Part shown: piece by piece, positions 36,000 through 48,450 of the stretch
How positions within the stretch are numbered: the first letter of the stretch is position 1
Layout: every line of letters begins with the position of its first letter
Translations under genes and position numbers: made by a program
The notes under the pieces: generated by a model
Seen by the model: the letters and a program-made list of their open reading frames with translations, nothing else
What the model was told of the DNA's origin: nothing
Databases searched by the model: none
NCBI RefSeq assembly: GCF_006345805.1
Contig: NC_042999.1
Location: 88,722,001-88,786,000 of the forward strand
From: Octopus sinensis
Lineage: Eukaryota
Length of the DNA stretch: 64,000 bases
Direction: 5' to 3'

Positions 36000-36400
36000 C
36001 AACATTGTCCTTAGTTAATTTCTGCAACACAGAGACAGCTGTACATGCAGCAAAGGTCAAATTTAAAAACCTCAACAAGACGCAGTATATCAGAATAACA
36101 GAAGGCTCCTTTAAAATTAGCTAGAACTATCATGGATCAACCTTCCTGATCCAGGGGGGTGAAGCATTATGACTCTACTCATTTGTTTAGGGTTTTTGAA
36201 TGAGAAGGCTGCAAGGTTCAGTATTAGCTGGAGTTTGACTGAAAAATGCAGAACTTATAATAACAACAAAAAGTGCAGGCTCTCCATAGAGGAGAAATCT
36301 ATGAATTAAGAAAATTCTTTTCAACTGAAAATATACCTGAACCCCAAAACCCAAACATTCACACACCGCCATATGAATGAAAATAAATTTGAGGTAGCAG
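36000..36400 (+). mobile_element. Penelope-like GIY-YIG remnant (same type as 10188-11372)
   Basis: NFCNTETAVHAAKV; YIRITEGSFKIS*NYHGSTF; FSISWSLTEKCRTYNNNKKCRLSIEEK. Confidence 0.7.
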
Positions 36401-37277
36401 AATCTCACCTAACAGCAAAAATTCGTATTTTTGTTCACAAGATCCCTACTCTCTTCCTATGCACTCAGGCAACTTTGCATCTTTTTCTCTTTGTCTCTCC
36501 ACCTCTATCTCTCTGACTCTCTCTCCCACTTTTGCCTTCAATTTTTCTCTCTCCCCTTCTCTCTCCACTCTTTATATATGTGTGTGTATGCACATGCTTA
36601 GATGAGTGTGGAGTATGCATGCACACGTGTACCTGATTGTGATTATGAACTCATATCTTGTTTTTATATATATTTAGATATGTATGTGTATGTTTACACA
36701 CACATGCAGTGCACACATCTATGCCTCTACATCCTTCTCTTCTACTCTACTTTAAATTATACTTCGGTATAACTCTTTAAACCTTGCCAAGAGAAACAAC
36801 TCCCAAACACTTTTGCATGCAATTATTTTGGCAATTTCTTGTATTTCATTTCTGTTCGGTTTTTGTTTTCCGCTTTTCTAGAAATTGATATTTTGCCTTT
36901 GCTTTTCTGCTTCACTGAAAGTATTCTTTGCACTTTCAGAGCAAAAAGAGCCTTAGCTATACACATCCTATTGTCAAGCATGTTTGATCACTCTCCCTAC
37001 TAAAGAAGTTTAATTTTGCATGAAACTGATTTCTTACATCATTTGTCAGAATTATAGGATCTTTGATTTATAATTTTGGATTTAGATATATGCTTGGTTG
37101 TATGTATGCATGTATGTGAAGGTGCAGGGCTTCAGAAATACAGCATGGTTCTGTACAGTTTCCATGAACTAAATTTCATGGGTCAAGATGAGACTGTAGC
37201 AGAAAACATTTGCTCGTGGTTATGTAAGGAATTCTACATTACACAGCCATAACTGCACAAGTATGTATATATATATT

Positions 37278-37323
<46 letters not shown>

Positions 37324-37377
37324 CGTGTGTGTTTGTGTTGACATATATATTTATATATGGCACATGCATATATATAT

Positions 37378-38010
37378 CACCATCATCATTTATCATCCAT
37401 TTTCTTATTTCTTTATTGCCCGCAAGGGGCTAAATACAGAGGGGACAAACAAGGACAGACAAAGGAATTAAGTAGATTACATCGACCCACAATGCGTAAC
37501 TGGTACTTAATTTATTGACCCCGAAAGGATGAAAGGCAAAGTCGATCTCAGCAGAATTTTAACGTAGCGCCAGACGAAATACTGCTAAGCATTTCGCCTG
37601 GCATGCTAAAGTTTCAGCCAGCTCACTGCCTTCTTTATAATCCATTTTCTAAGCTGGCATGGGTTGAATGGTTTGACCATGGCTGACAAGCTGGAGAGTT
37701 GCACCAAGTTCCACTCTGATTTGGGCTGGTTTCTATGATTGATGCCCTTCCTAATGCCAGCCACTTTACAGAGTGTGTGGGTGTTTTTTTATGTAGCACA
37801 GGCACAAGTGCTTTTTACATGGTACCAGCTCAGGTACTCTTCGCATGGACTGGAATGGGTGACCTTTACATGCCCAGCATGGGTGCTTTTTATACAAAGC
37901 CAGCACAGATGCTTTTTATGCAGCACCAGCACAGGGAAATTTTGTGTGGCACTAGCACTGGCATAGGTGCTTTTTACATGGCACCAGCATGGGGCTCTTG
38001 CAAAGCAAAC
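37378..38010 (-). mobile_element. RTE 3' end with degenerate internal units, split by SINE B1
   Basis: catcatcatttatcatccattttc | SINE | aagctggcatgggttg...gatgcccttcctaatgcc...repeated gtgctttttacatggcaccagc. Confidence 0.75.
37406..37639 (-). mobile_element. SINE B1 with 11-bp TSD
   Basis: atccattttct at 37395-37405 and 37640-37650. Confidence 0.9.
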
Positions 38011-38677
38011 ACCCCTTCAGCTGGGAGGCTCATATGCACAAGCATGTTTGTGTGTAAATGTGAGAGATAGATAGAACGAAAAACAGTGTGCAAATTTGTG
38101 TTCTAGTTTTTTTTTTTTTTTTTAATTAGCTGAATCTGTTCTTGTGATTTTAAAATTTATGACTAAATCTCAAAATTGTTATTTCCTCTATGTATAAGTA
38201 CTGTACTTTACTACATTAACATTTAGCATTGGAATTTTGCCATGAATGGGTTGACATTTATTTCAATCATTGGTTATTATCAGCCCTTTCTTTTGGTTGT
38301 GGATTTAAAGCTAAAAATCAATTTCTTGCAATGTAAGTAAACAAATGCTCTGGAACACATACACACATACTTGTACATAAGCAAACACAAACACACATAT
38401 ATAAATATACATGTGCACACTTATATGTATATAAACACATTTTATGTGTATTATATAAACAGTAACATTTTATGTCTGCTTTTCCATGCTTACATGTGTT
38501 GGACTGGTCTTCTTTAGCATCACATCTCACCACTTGTTGCAGTGCTTTGTCATCCCCTTCATGACGTTTGGACTGTTGAAACTAGCTTTACTACTTCTCA
38601 TGATTTTGTCTCTTCCATAATTCTTTCACTTAGATTATTTTACCCATTTTCGACTATCATCCTCCATACACAACATA

Positions 38678-38881
38678 TGAGGGGTTGTTGAAAAGTTCTT
38701 GGGTTTTAGAGTATCATGAAAGGCCTGGCTTTCAAGTTCATTTACAAGGTTTAGAAAAACTGAAGGACTGCTGCAATAAGATTGTGAATATGAGAAGGGA
38801 ATATGTTGAATAAAATCATAACTAACTTATCCTCCTGTATTTTCTTTTACCCAAAATCAGCAACTCTTCAGTAACCCCTCC
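38678..38881 (+). mobile_element. Mariner-derived MITE, second copy
   Basis: TA-tgaggggttgttgaaaagtt ... aactcttcagtaacccctcc-TA; homologous to 34902-35111. Confidence 0.85.
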
Positions 38882-39301
38882 TATATCTATATCAGCTGAG
38901 TTTTGTATGCTACATCAGGTTCCTCTCATCTTATTTGTGCCAGTGGTTCATGTACACTACTTTCAAACATCAAATGTATAACTACATCAGAGTATAATTA
39001 CTTTACTTGTTTCAGCTTTTGCACATTCTCCAGATTCAGTTTCTATGTTTGAATACTATGCAAGATACTTTGTACACAATATCGTGCAATCTGTCCTTCC
39101 CTCAGAGAGAATACCCAGAGTTAACAGCTTTGTGACCTTTTCCTACCCAGTCCTTATATTGATTATGCTTGAGAACACCTACCTCCACTGCCTAATTATG
39201 TTACTTAGGTAATTGGTGCAATCAACTGTTCTTGGAATGTATTTGAAGCCCTTCATTTAATGGGTGAGCTAGTTACTACTACATTGGTGTATTTACCACA
39301 T

Positions 39302-39566
39302 CAAAAGTCAAAGATCAAAGGTCCTTCCCAAGCCATAGGTTCGCTCATAAGGCCAGTTTTCTGGATTCTGTGATGTATATATTCCCTCGCTAGACAGTGA
39401 CATGCTGGCCAATCACAGGATTATTCATTTTTGCCAGTTGAGTGGACTGGAGCATCATGAAATGAAGTGTTTTGCTCAAGAATTCAAACACATCAATCAG
39501 TCCAAAACTGAAACGACAATCTCACAATTATAAGTGCAGCACTCTAACCATTACTGCCACAGGCCT
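39302..39566 (-). mobile_element. SINE C2
   Basis: Reverse complement of the 7775 and 30498 architecture, including ctcataaggccagttt and a (ctttga)n tail. Confidence 0.7.
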
Positions 39567-42500
39567 CTATATATAAAGTCTTTATTTCTTCTTAACTTGC
39601 CAGTTATTCCAATGCATCATTCTAAGTTTCCAGTTGGTAGATTAATTCAGAATTCCTACATATTCCTTGTCTGCTCTCTGAGTGTGTCCCACTTTCTCTG
39701 ATAGTTATATAGTCTTATTTCCTTTACTGATTACTTAGAACTTTTCCTTTTAATAGACTTATTTGAAGCATTTTTTTTTATTCTAGGCCTTGCTTTCATA
39801 TCTATAATTCTTCTAATACTTTGATAAATTTGGTTATGATAGCTAGGCCATCTACAAATAGTTTTCAAGAACACTTGGTCTTAAACTACAAAGTTGATGG
39901 ACACCTATCTGCATGCTAAATTTCTGAATCCATGGCTTGTCTGACCCTTAAAAGCTATTCATCTTCACTTAACTTTCTCAGAAGTCACAAAACTACAGTG
40001 TGGTACACAATAGAGGCCCTTTCTAAGTTGATGAACACAAGATAAAGTGGCTTACTCTAAATTGTGCTAAAACTTTTTCCTATTACTTTCAAAATTTGGT
40101 ACTTCAATTAAAAACTCACTCTTTACTCCATCAGTGGGAGCATGTGCACCACAATCATTTCCCATTATATTCAATTACTCTTGAAAAGCACAGTGCTATG
40201 GGACTCATTGTTTATGAGGATCGTGAATATGTCACTACCATTTTGCTCAGATGGTGTCATATGAAGACATAATGAATTCTATACAGGATAATGTTTGCAC
40301 ACTGTAAAATATATTTCAAAATACTTTATAGCTCTTAAGTTATGATTTATACATACATACATATATACATACATGCATACATATATATATATATGTGTGT
40401 GTGTGTATACATATATTCATATATGCACATACGTATATGTACATATAAACAAACACACATACACACATGTATATAAATGCAACTATATATATGTATATAT
40501 GAAGCACAGATTATTATATATAGAGGATGAGAAAGGATCAGAGAGAGAAAGAAAGAGAAAAAGAGAAGATTGTAATCATGCTGCCTAGAAAAGATTTATT
40601 TTGCCTATGTTATCTTCATTCTCATAGTCATAAAAATACGCTTAATTGAGATTTCCAGAGCTCTCCTTCAAGAGTTGGAAAATTTGATTAAAATTGGGGG
40701 ATAAAAACTGAATACTATCAAATATGATGAAGCAAAAGATAGCTACAAATCATTTTAATGCTTTAAATATACCATAAAATTCAACTGTTGCATTCATCCC
40801 AACAAACCTATTTAAATTATCTGGCACCCTCTGAGAAAAACAGCATGAACAACAATGAATGCCATTAAAAGTATGTATTTCACATTTACCTTTTCTTATC
40901 TTCAACAGTAAATATTTATAGTCAAACAATTGATTTGTGGGTAAAGTAACAGCCTCAGTAACAACCTTTTCATACATAATGGGCTAATATCTAAAAGATT
41001 CTGTTAGAACATAATAGCAAATGTGGAGAAAGCGAACATCATTCTGACATAAATCCGTCAAGTATGTCAAATAATAAAGTTACTATCATCCATCAATGTG
41101 ACCAGACCTAATGTTAACCTAATCACCACTCTAAATTATGACTTTTCACAACTAAATCTATCCACATTCTCACTTTTCGTTTTCTCTTTTTTTTTTTTTC
41201 TTCTTTCTCTCTTTATATATACTTACTCTCTGAAATATGCCAAGATATTATCCACTTTTTAAGCAGATATCGCTCAAAACATTTCTAAAGCTGTGGAACC
41301 ATTGAGAAATTATCCCTTCAGCAATATCTTCAATCTCTATCCTGCTTTAGTGATTACTATTACAAACTCTATAAAAACCAGATTCCATTGTAGCCCACCC
41401 TTTCAAACAATAAGTTTTTTTTATTATTGTTATTCTTAATAACTTCTGTAAGCTACTACTTTCACTATCCCTGCAAAACTTCTTACTCATAGGTTTTTCC
41501 AAAATCTAAGCATTTGTTTTGGAAACTTTCTGAATTGTTTTGTTGTTACCTGCCAAGCAATCTTAACATTATTATAGACCTCCAGGCAAAGCAATGTATG
41601 AGGGCCTCTAGGATTTATTTAGAAAACCCACAGATAAGCCACAGACCAGAAAGTCACAGATTAATATTGGGACACTAGATCAAGCACCCAAACAAATGCC
41701 CAGTGTGTCCAAGCATTAAGCCAGAATGATCAACTGTGTCATGAAGTCTGTTTGTGACAATTTAAGTGGTTTTCCTTGTCAAGTAATCCTTTTATGATAT
41801 TATTCTCAGACTAAATCAACTAGCTGCCCTCTTTTACTATCATCCTCACATACCCACAGTCTGGAGGGAAAGACTGTCTTTATTACCTTTTCAAACGTAC
41901 CAAGACAGGTGACATTGATGTATTTAATGTTTTTCTTCAACAAGTGAAATTTGGTGAGTGCAGAAAAAATATACCAGAAGGATGATATTCTAGGGAGGGT
42001 TCAATGGAGAAGTAGGTTGTGCTGATAATGGTTGGGAAACAGAATATGGAGATGAATGGAAGAGAGATAAGGGAATCATGGGTGCATGGATAGAAATGGC
42101 ATGATGGGGAGACAGCATTTCTTTGTGCCAGACATTTAAGATGCTTTGGTGAGCAACTTCATGACAGTTGGTTGTGTGGTTTTGTTTTTTGGACAAAATC
42201 TAGAAAGTGTGTGTGTGCATATAACATAGATGTGGGAACAGTATTTCATTGTATATCTCAATTGAGCTTAGTGTAGAGTTCGCAGTTGTTTGGATACAAA
42301 TATTTTATGATTGTATAGAGGAAAGCCAGGTTTTGTGAAGCAATCTTCAGTATCTTACGGAAGGAAACTACAACATTGCATGCCTGCTCACTTCTCATGA
42401 ATAATTCTGAAAGGCAAGCTTTCCTAGAGAGAATACTTTGCCTTCCAGAAGCAAATTTAACCAAAATCTACTTCAGTCTTAAATTGTTGCTAAAATTTTA

Positions 42501-44371
42501 TTAAGCAGTAATACAGCTTGCACTTAAATAACATTTACTCAAAAAAATCTAGACATCTTCTAGGATAATTTGTATACATTCTCTTACACCCTTCACCAGT
42601 GACTTATTATTTAAGAATGAGTTCCCTTTGTTGCAGATTAGAACTGAAAAGACACTGGTCTTTCACAATATATTAACATAAAGAAAAAGAACATTTGCTA
42701 AAGATGATGCAAATGTTTTTATAATTCTGAGTTCATAATATCTTTTATCATTGGATTCCGATGGGACTCTCGATCTCTTTGAAGTTAATTACTTTGTGCC
42801 AGTTCTAAGAAAATTCTCATGTCTTCCACTAATTTTATTTTAGACAAACTTAAAATTCTTTTTTCTGTTTTAAATATACAGACACAGACTCATATGTATA
42901 TTTAAGATGATTACTTTACAATCCAATAGCTTCAGATTCAAGCTGACTTCATGATACCTTAGAAAAGTGTCTTACTACAGCGCCAGATTCGCTTGTATTT
43001 TGAGAGTGAAATTTAGGGCATAGAAAGTGCAAAGAATCCCCCACAATATGTGTGTGAGTGTGTGTGTGTATGTGTGTGTACATGCTTGCAAGATATCTAT
43101 ATACACAATTGAGCCCCTCACCTAATTTCTTCATCCAATCTTCGCTCCATCCCTTCATTCTCTATCAGTAACCTCTCTTTCATTTGCCAGCTGCAATGTT
43201 TTGCTGCTGTAATCAAATGAGGGCAGAACTACATATTTTATATCCTTTATATGATACCAGTTTTTTTTTTCATTATCTGGAACCACTCCAATTGACTTCT
43301 GTCCTTTATTCTTACATTGTCTCTCTTCACTATCACACCATTCTTTAATGCTATCAAATTATCTCACCCTTTTCCTCTCTTCAGAACCACTTCCTGTTAG
43401 TTTGCCCATATCACCATACACCTCTCACTCTCTCCCAATGCACATTGTCTTACCACACACACTTTTTCAAACTCTTGTCACTCACAGTCATGCAACCTAG
43501 CCACCCACTTCTTTTTCTCTCTATCCTGCTGTGCTTCACCTTTCTGTATCATCAATTAGCACCTTTTCACCAACTCACACATATTATCAATTACCCCTAT
43601 CATTCCCTACATTCAGCCCTATACCCTTCCCAATCTCTAGCCATTATTTCTCCCTATCTTCAATCCAGCCCATATTTTATCATAGACCTCCCTCCTCCAC
43701 CTCGACCCTTATTCATCATTCAGTATATTTGCCTCTTTATCCTGTTTCTTACCATCCCTCACTCTCTCTCTCCCCATACACTCTTGGTATCTCTATTCTA
43801 CCTCACTTCCTGTTCTTCTGCCACCAGGGTCTATACTAACAACTCATATCACAACCATGTTTATTTCACATTCCAGTTCCATGCTGATTACTTCCACCCA
43901 ATCTAGTATAATATGTCAACATTTTAAACTAGAGATCAGAAAGTTTTACAAGATGTAGGCACCTTGACAAGTTTCAGTTATTAAACTAGAAGACAACACC
44001 CCCCCTACCCAACTCACCAGGTTAGATGCACAGTTTAACACACTTTAGCCCTTGTCCAATTTAACTTCCCCTACTAAGAATAGTTAATTTAGATATAAAC
44101 ACTCAATATTTATAATATTCTTCATCTAAAAGATTAAAAGAGTAAATATTTATTTCCCCATTTCTGTCAAAATTTTAGTCTTTTTACCTTTCATTTTTTC
44201 CAATTTACTTCTTGGATTTCCTTGCGGAGTAGCCCTATCATTTGAGCATAATCATTGTGTACGGTATGCTAAACAAATCAGTTCAGTTATTGCTATATCC
44301 TAGCATGGAAACTGAAATAGCTCCTATATAACTCCTATATTCATTAAATAATATATACACACTCATACACA

Positions 44372-44630
44372 TAGGCACAGGAGTAGATGTGTGGTAAGTA
44401 GCTTGCTTATTAACCACATGGTCGCGGGTTCAGTATCACTGTGCGGCACCTTGGGCAAGTGTCTTCTACTATAGCCTCAGGCCAACCAAAGTCTTGTGAG
44501 TGAATTTGGTAAATGGAAACTGGAAGAAGCCTGTCATATAGGTATATGTGTGTGTATATGTTTGTGTGTCTGTGTTTCTGTCTCCCCCACCACCAACATC
44601 GCTTGACAACCGATGCTGGTGTGTTTATGT
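44372..44630 (+). mobile_element. SINE A1, 3'-truncated
   Basis: ggcacaggagtagatgtgtggtaagtagcttgct... stops at gctggtgtgtttatg. Confidence 0.85.
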
Positions 44631-47024
44631 TCAATGTATCAATATCTTAATATCTATGTTAATAATCAAGCTTCCATTTTCTAACTCTTAGTAGAGAACT
44701 AATGAGCTATTCTCCTCCATGAGCTCCTGCCAAAGTTTACTTATCTGCTCATCTATGTTGCATGCTGTCTCCTCAATGTATGTAATTGTCCTGTTTCTGC
44801 AATTGTAATAAGTAAACTCATATACATACATGCAAAATACACATACTAAATGCATATACACACACACAGAAGGAAACACATGTGCAGATAAGAATACATA
44901 CCACAGGAAGACAAAATGGAATAAACAGAACAAGGGAAAATACATAGGATAGAGGGTCACTGAAGCGGTCGCAGGACGTGTGATGAAAAAACTTTGACAA
45001 AGAAACTAAAATGAAAATAATAGAGCTGAAGTGAAGACTAAATATATAGTGCGTGTGTTTAATTGGCAAAATATGACCATCCTCAACTATAACAATGGAA
45101 AAAATATATTTTAATTCTTTCTTCTTCAGAACATGCCTATTTTTACATCACAAATTTTTTCTCTATCTACAATTATGTAATTATCAAATTTAAACATCAA
45201 CTATCGAATGATTTTCAATTACCAACCTTGTACCAATCCCACCTAAAATTACTCAATGTACCTGCTTTTATTGTGTTTCACCCTTTACGTAAAAAATTTT
45301 TTTTTTTTTTTTACAATCATAACTTCTCTTCTATATGAAAACATGACCTAATAAAAGCAACCAAATTCTTCTTAAACTACATTACTATCTTGGAAACAAA
45401 AGACATATTGGATTATGTAGCATTGGGTATGGTGTGTAAAATAAGATGGGATATATTGTCTTTAATAAGATGGGACAGACAGACATGGCTGGAATAGACT
45501 GAACTTATCTGACCTAGATCAGACTGAAATGAAGAAACAATTGCAACAGTAACTCCAACATCTGAAATACCTTTTATGAGACCTAGCACCTTAATATCTG
45601 ACCTCTGACCTCATTGCTTCTTTTCATGTATTCTTCAGCTTACTTCTGCTCCTGTCAGTACACCATACTTTTTGACCTAGCATTATCTGTAAAAATACTA
45701 ATAATGATAATAAAAACCTCAATATTCCAACATCACTAGTAGTATATCTACTTTGCAGCAGCCCAACTTTGTAAAATAATATTTCTTTGCAATAAATTAA
45801 CTCATGACTCATTAATTCATCAGAAATTTCCATAACAATCTATACCACGTGGGATTTTCTGAAAAGTCCTCTCATGTATAACAAAAGATAATAAAATCAC
45901 TTGTACTAAGATAGAAATTGTGTGTAAAATATGACTGTCCCAATAATAACACCAAGCTACATGCTGCTTATCATTACTATAGAACATTCTACTATCTTCT
46001 TCAATCAGTGTATTGATTTTAGACACCTATAATTTTTCAATTCTATCTGGCATGCAGCAAAAAAAGCAATGCTAAAGAGTTAGCTATCTGTCAATGGTGC
46101 ACTATGGGTACAAATACAGTGTGTTGCACACTATAATAGGGTATGCTTGAAGATAATTTTATAAAACAAATGTTCTATGTAAATTGGCTTTATATCTTGC
46201 TTATAAATAATGTGGAAAATGTGAAATGTATAGAAATATTGGAAACTACTGCAGAGATGCAGTTCTAGCATATCCGGAATATAAAATATTGCTAAGTATA
46301 TAATTAATTTAACTCTTTTTTTAATGTAGGGATTTCATTAACTCAGCAACAAAATTTTGGCCTGTAATCTTTAGCTCAAAAATTCTTCCCATCTTTCAAG
46401 TCATTGTAGCATTACCTTAGAAAATCCCACATGCTCTGATTTCCCTCTTGCACAAGAAACCAGAATTAAGAGCTTTTACCAAGCACCTGAAACCATTTCT
46501 TTCTTTCTTCTTGCATTTACTACATAGATTCTTGGTCAATGCAGAAATAAATTTTAGATCAATGCATAAAGTTTATGAAAGGATTAAAAGGAAAAAGCTA
46601 TTTCTAAATATTGTTATAAGAATTCAGTACCCATTCTACCTTTTCTCTTTCCCAAATTTGACTGTAGTCAGTCCTTCAGTTTATTTATTAAATCAGTTTC
46701 TGATTTGCAAGAATTTTCTTATCAATGTTTTTTTCTTTGAATGCCTCTGTTTTTTTTTTTTATATATTCAAATGATTGAAAACATTAACATATTTCACTT
46801 ATCTCAATTCATTCAAAACATTTTCATTGTATTTTCATATTCTTTCTCAAGTCATTGGCAATACTCTACATCCCATTATAACATAAGATATGAAGAATGT
46901 TGTTAGAAAGTAATGTACAGTTTGTGATTTTAATAATATAAGACAAATGTGGATCAAGACAAATTTCCAAATGTGAAAAATGTAGCTGTAAACATTATCA
47001 TTATCAACAGCAGTATCATTATCA

Positions 47025-47385
47025 TTCATTGTTTTGACATCCACTTTTCCATGGTGCATAGGTTAGAGGAATTTACTTATAGTGTTGCTAACCCTCACCT
47101 GTTTCCTAGAATATTTCCTTATTGTCAGGCATGTTTTTCACTGAAGATTGGTGATGAACAACATTCATTTTCAACTATCACACAATGTCAAGATAAGGGG
47201 GTACCCTCTTACACACAGACATACAATGGGCTTCTTTTAGTTCTCTTTACCAAATTCACTCACAAGACTTTCATTGGTTCAGGACTACAGTTGAAAACAT
47301 TTGTCCAAGGTGCCTCACTGTGGCAGTGAATCCAAAACAAAATAGTTGGGAAACAAACATCTTAATCACACAACCATATCTGCAC
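47025..47385 (-). mobile_element. SINE A2, intact (A-type head plus alternative tail)
   Basis: A-family head and body joined through a short microsatellite to the cttgacattgtgtg...aggaaacaggtgagggttagc...catggaaaagtggatgtcaaa tail. Confidence 0.7.
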
Positions 47386-48375
47386 CTACAAAGCCATACC
47401 TGTAATATTTGTTACTTTTGAATTGACTCCATTTTATGCTTGGAATCTTTTTGAAGCATATATTCTTAAATCAGTCCAATAATGGAAATAATATTTCGTT
47501 ACTATTGAATAACTTTCTATCATTCATGCATACATGTAACATTGCAAGATTTTATGTACTTCTAAAGGAATCTGCGTTAATTTGTTTTCACCCAAACTAT
47601 ATTATGTAGTTATAGTGTGATGTGTAAAATTTTAATGATAATTACAGATAACTAATAATTTTTTGTAACATTATTATTCAAGTGAAAAACAGAGCTCTAA
47701 AAATTTACTCATTGGTAATCACTTATCAACCAAGAATATTTTGTCTTCACACAAAATTATTGCAAGGAAATAATTTAATGAAGAAAACTGAAGAGGCCAT
47801 TCAATGTGCTCCCTTCTCTACCACAATTATATATGCTGATTCCTTGTATTTCTTCCATTTTCCCTTAATCAGCCTTTCTTTCCCTATTTAATCTGTCCAC
47901 TTAGCATAACTTCTTTCAAGTATACCAATTTAACATCTACATTGCTTTCAAATATATTTTTAACTCAACCAGATTTACTTTCTTCGAATGCAATGCTTTA
48001 GTATATTTATCAATGGGTATGTGACACCCTGATAATGTTAAACAACACTAAAAATGAAAAATTATTTGTCTCATTATCTAATTCATTTTATCACTTTCCA
48101 TAGATATCATCAAACAATATGTATAAAAAGAACTTAGCCACTCTAGCTAAATCTCACTGAAGTGTTGTATTCTTTATATTTCCAAAATAATAACAAGACT
48201 GGAATTTCTTTTAAAAGCACAGATATCTTTCATCTCTGACCATTTGTTGATTCTCTGCAAGGCTAAAATATACTACAAAGGGAGTGCTCTATACTCTAAG
48301 CATCCAATTCAAGAATACATTTAAAATATAAAAGACATTTTCAGTGTATATAAATATGCATACATACATACATGC

Positions 48376-48450
<75 letters not shown>

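Noticed and set aside
40133-42503. Short open frames with plausible splice sites (40133-40273, 40800-40930, 42318-42503) and similar ones near 45640, 50890, 57150 and 63390
   Set aside because: No recognisable protein and no consistent phase chain on either strand; such segments are expected by chance in 64 kb.
43445-43906. 153-aa ORF in a pyrimidine-rich tract
   Set aside because: C/T-skewed DNA lacks stop codons by composition; it resembles the pyrimidine-rich retroelement UTR at 7260-7774.
46448-46906. 152-aa plus-strand ORF
   Set aside because: Starts at a non-ATG codon, is Phe/Ile/Leu-rich as expected from T-rich DNA, and has no motif.
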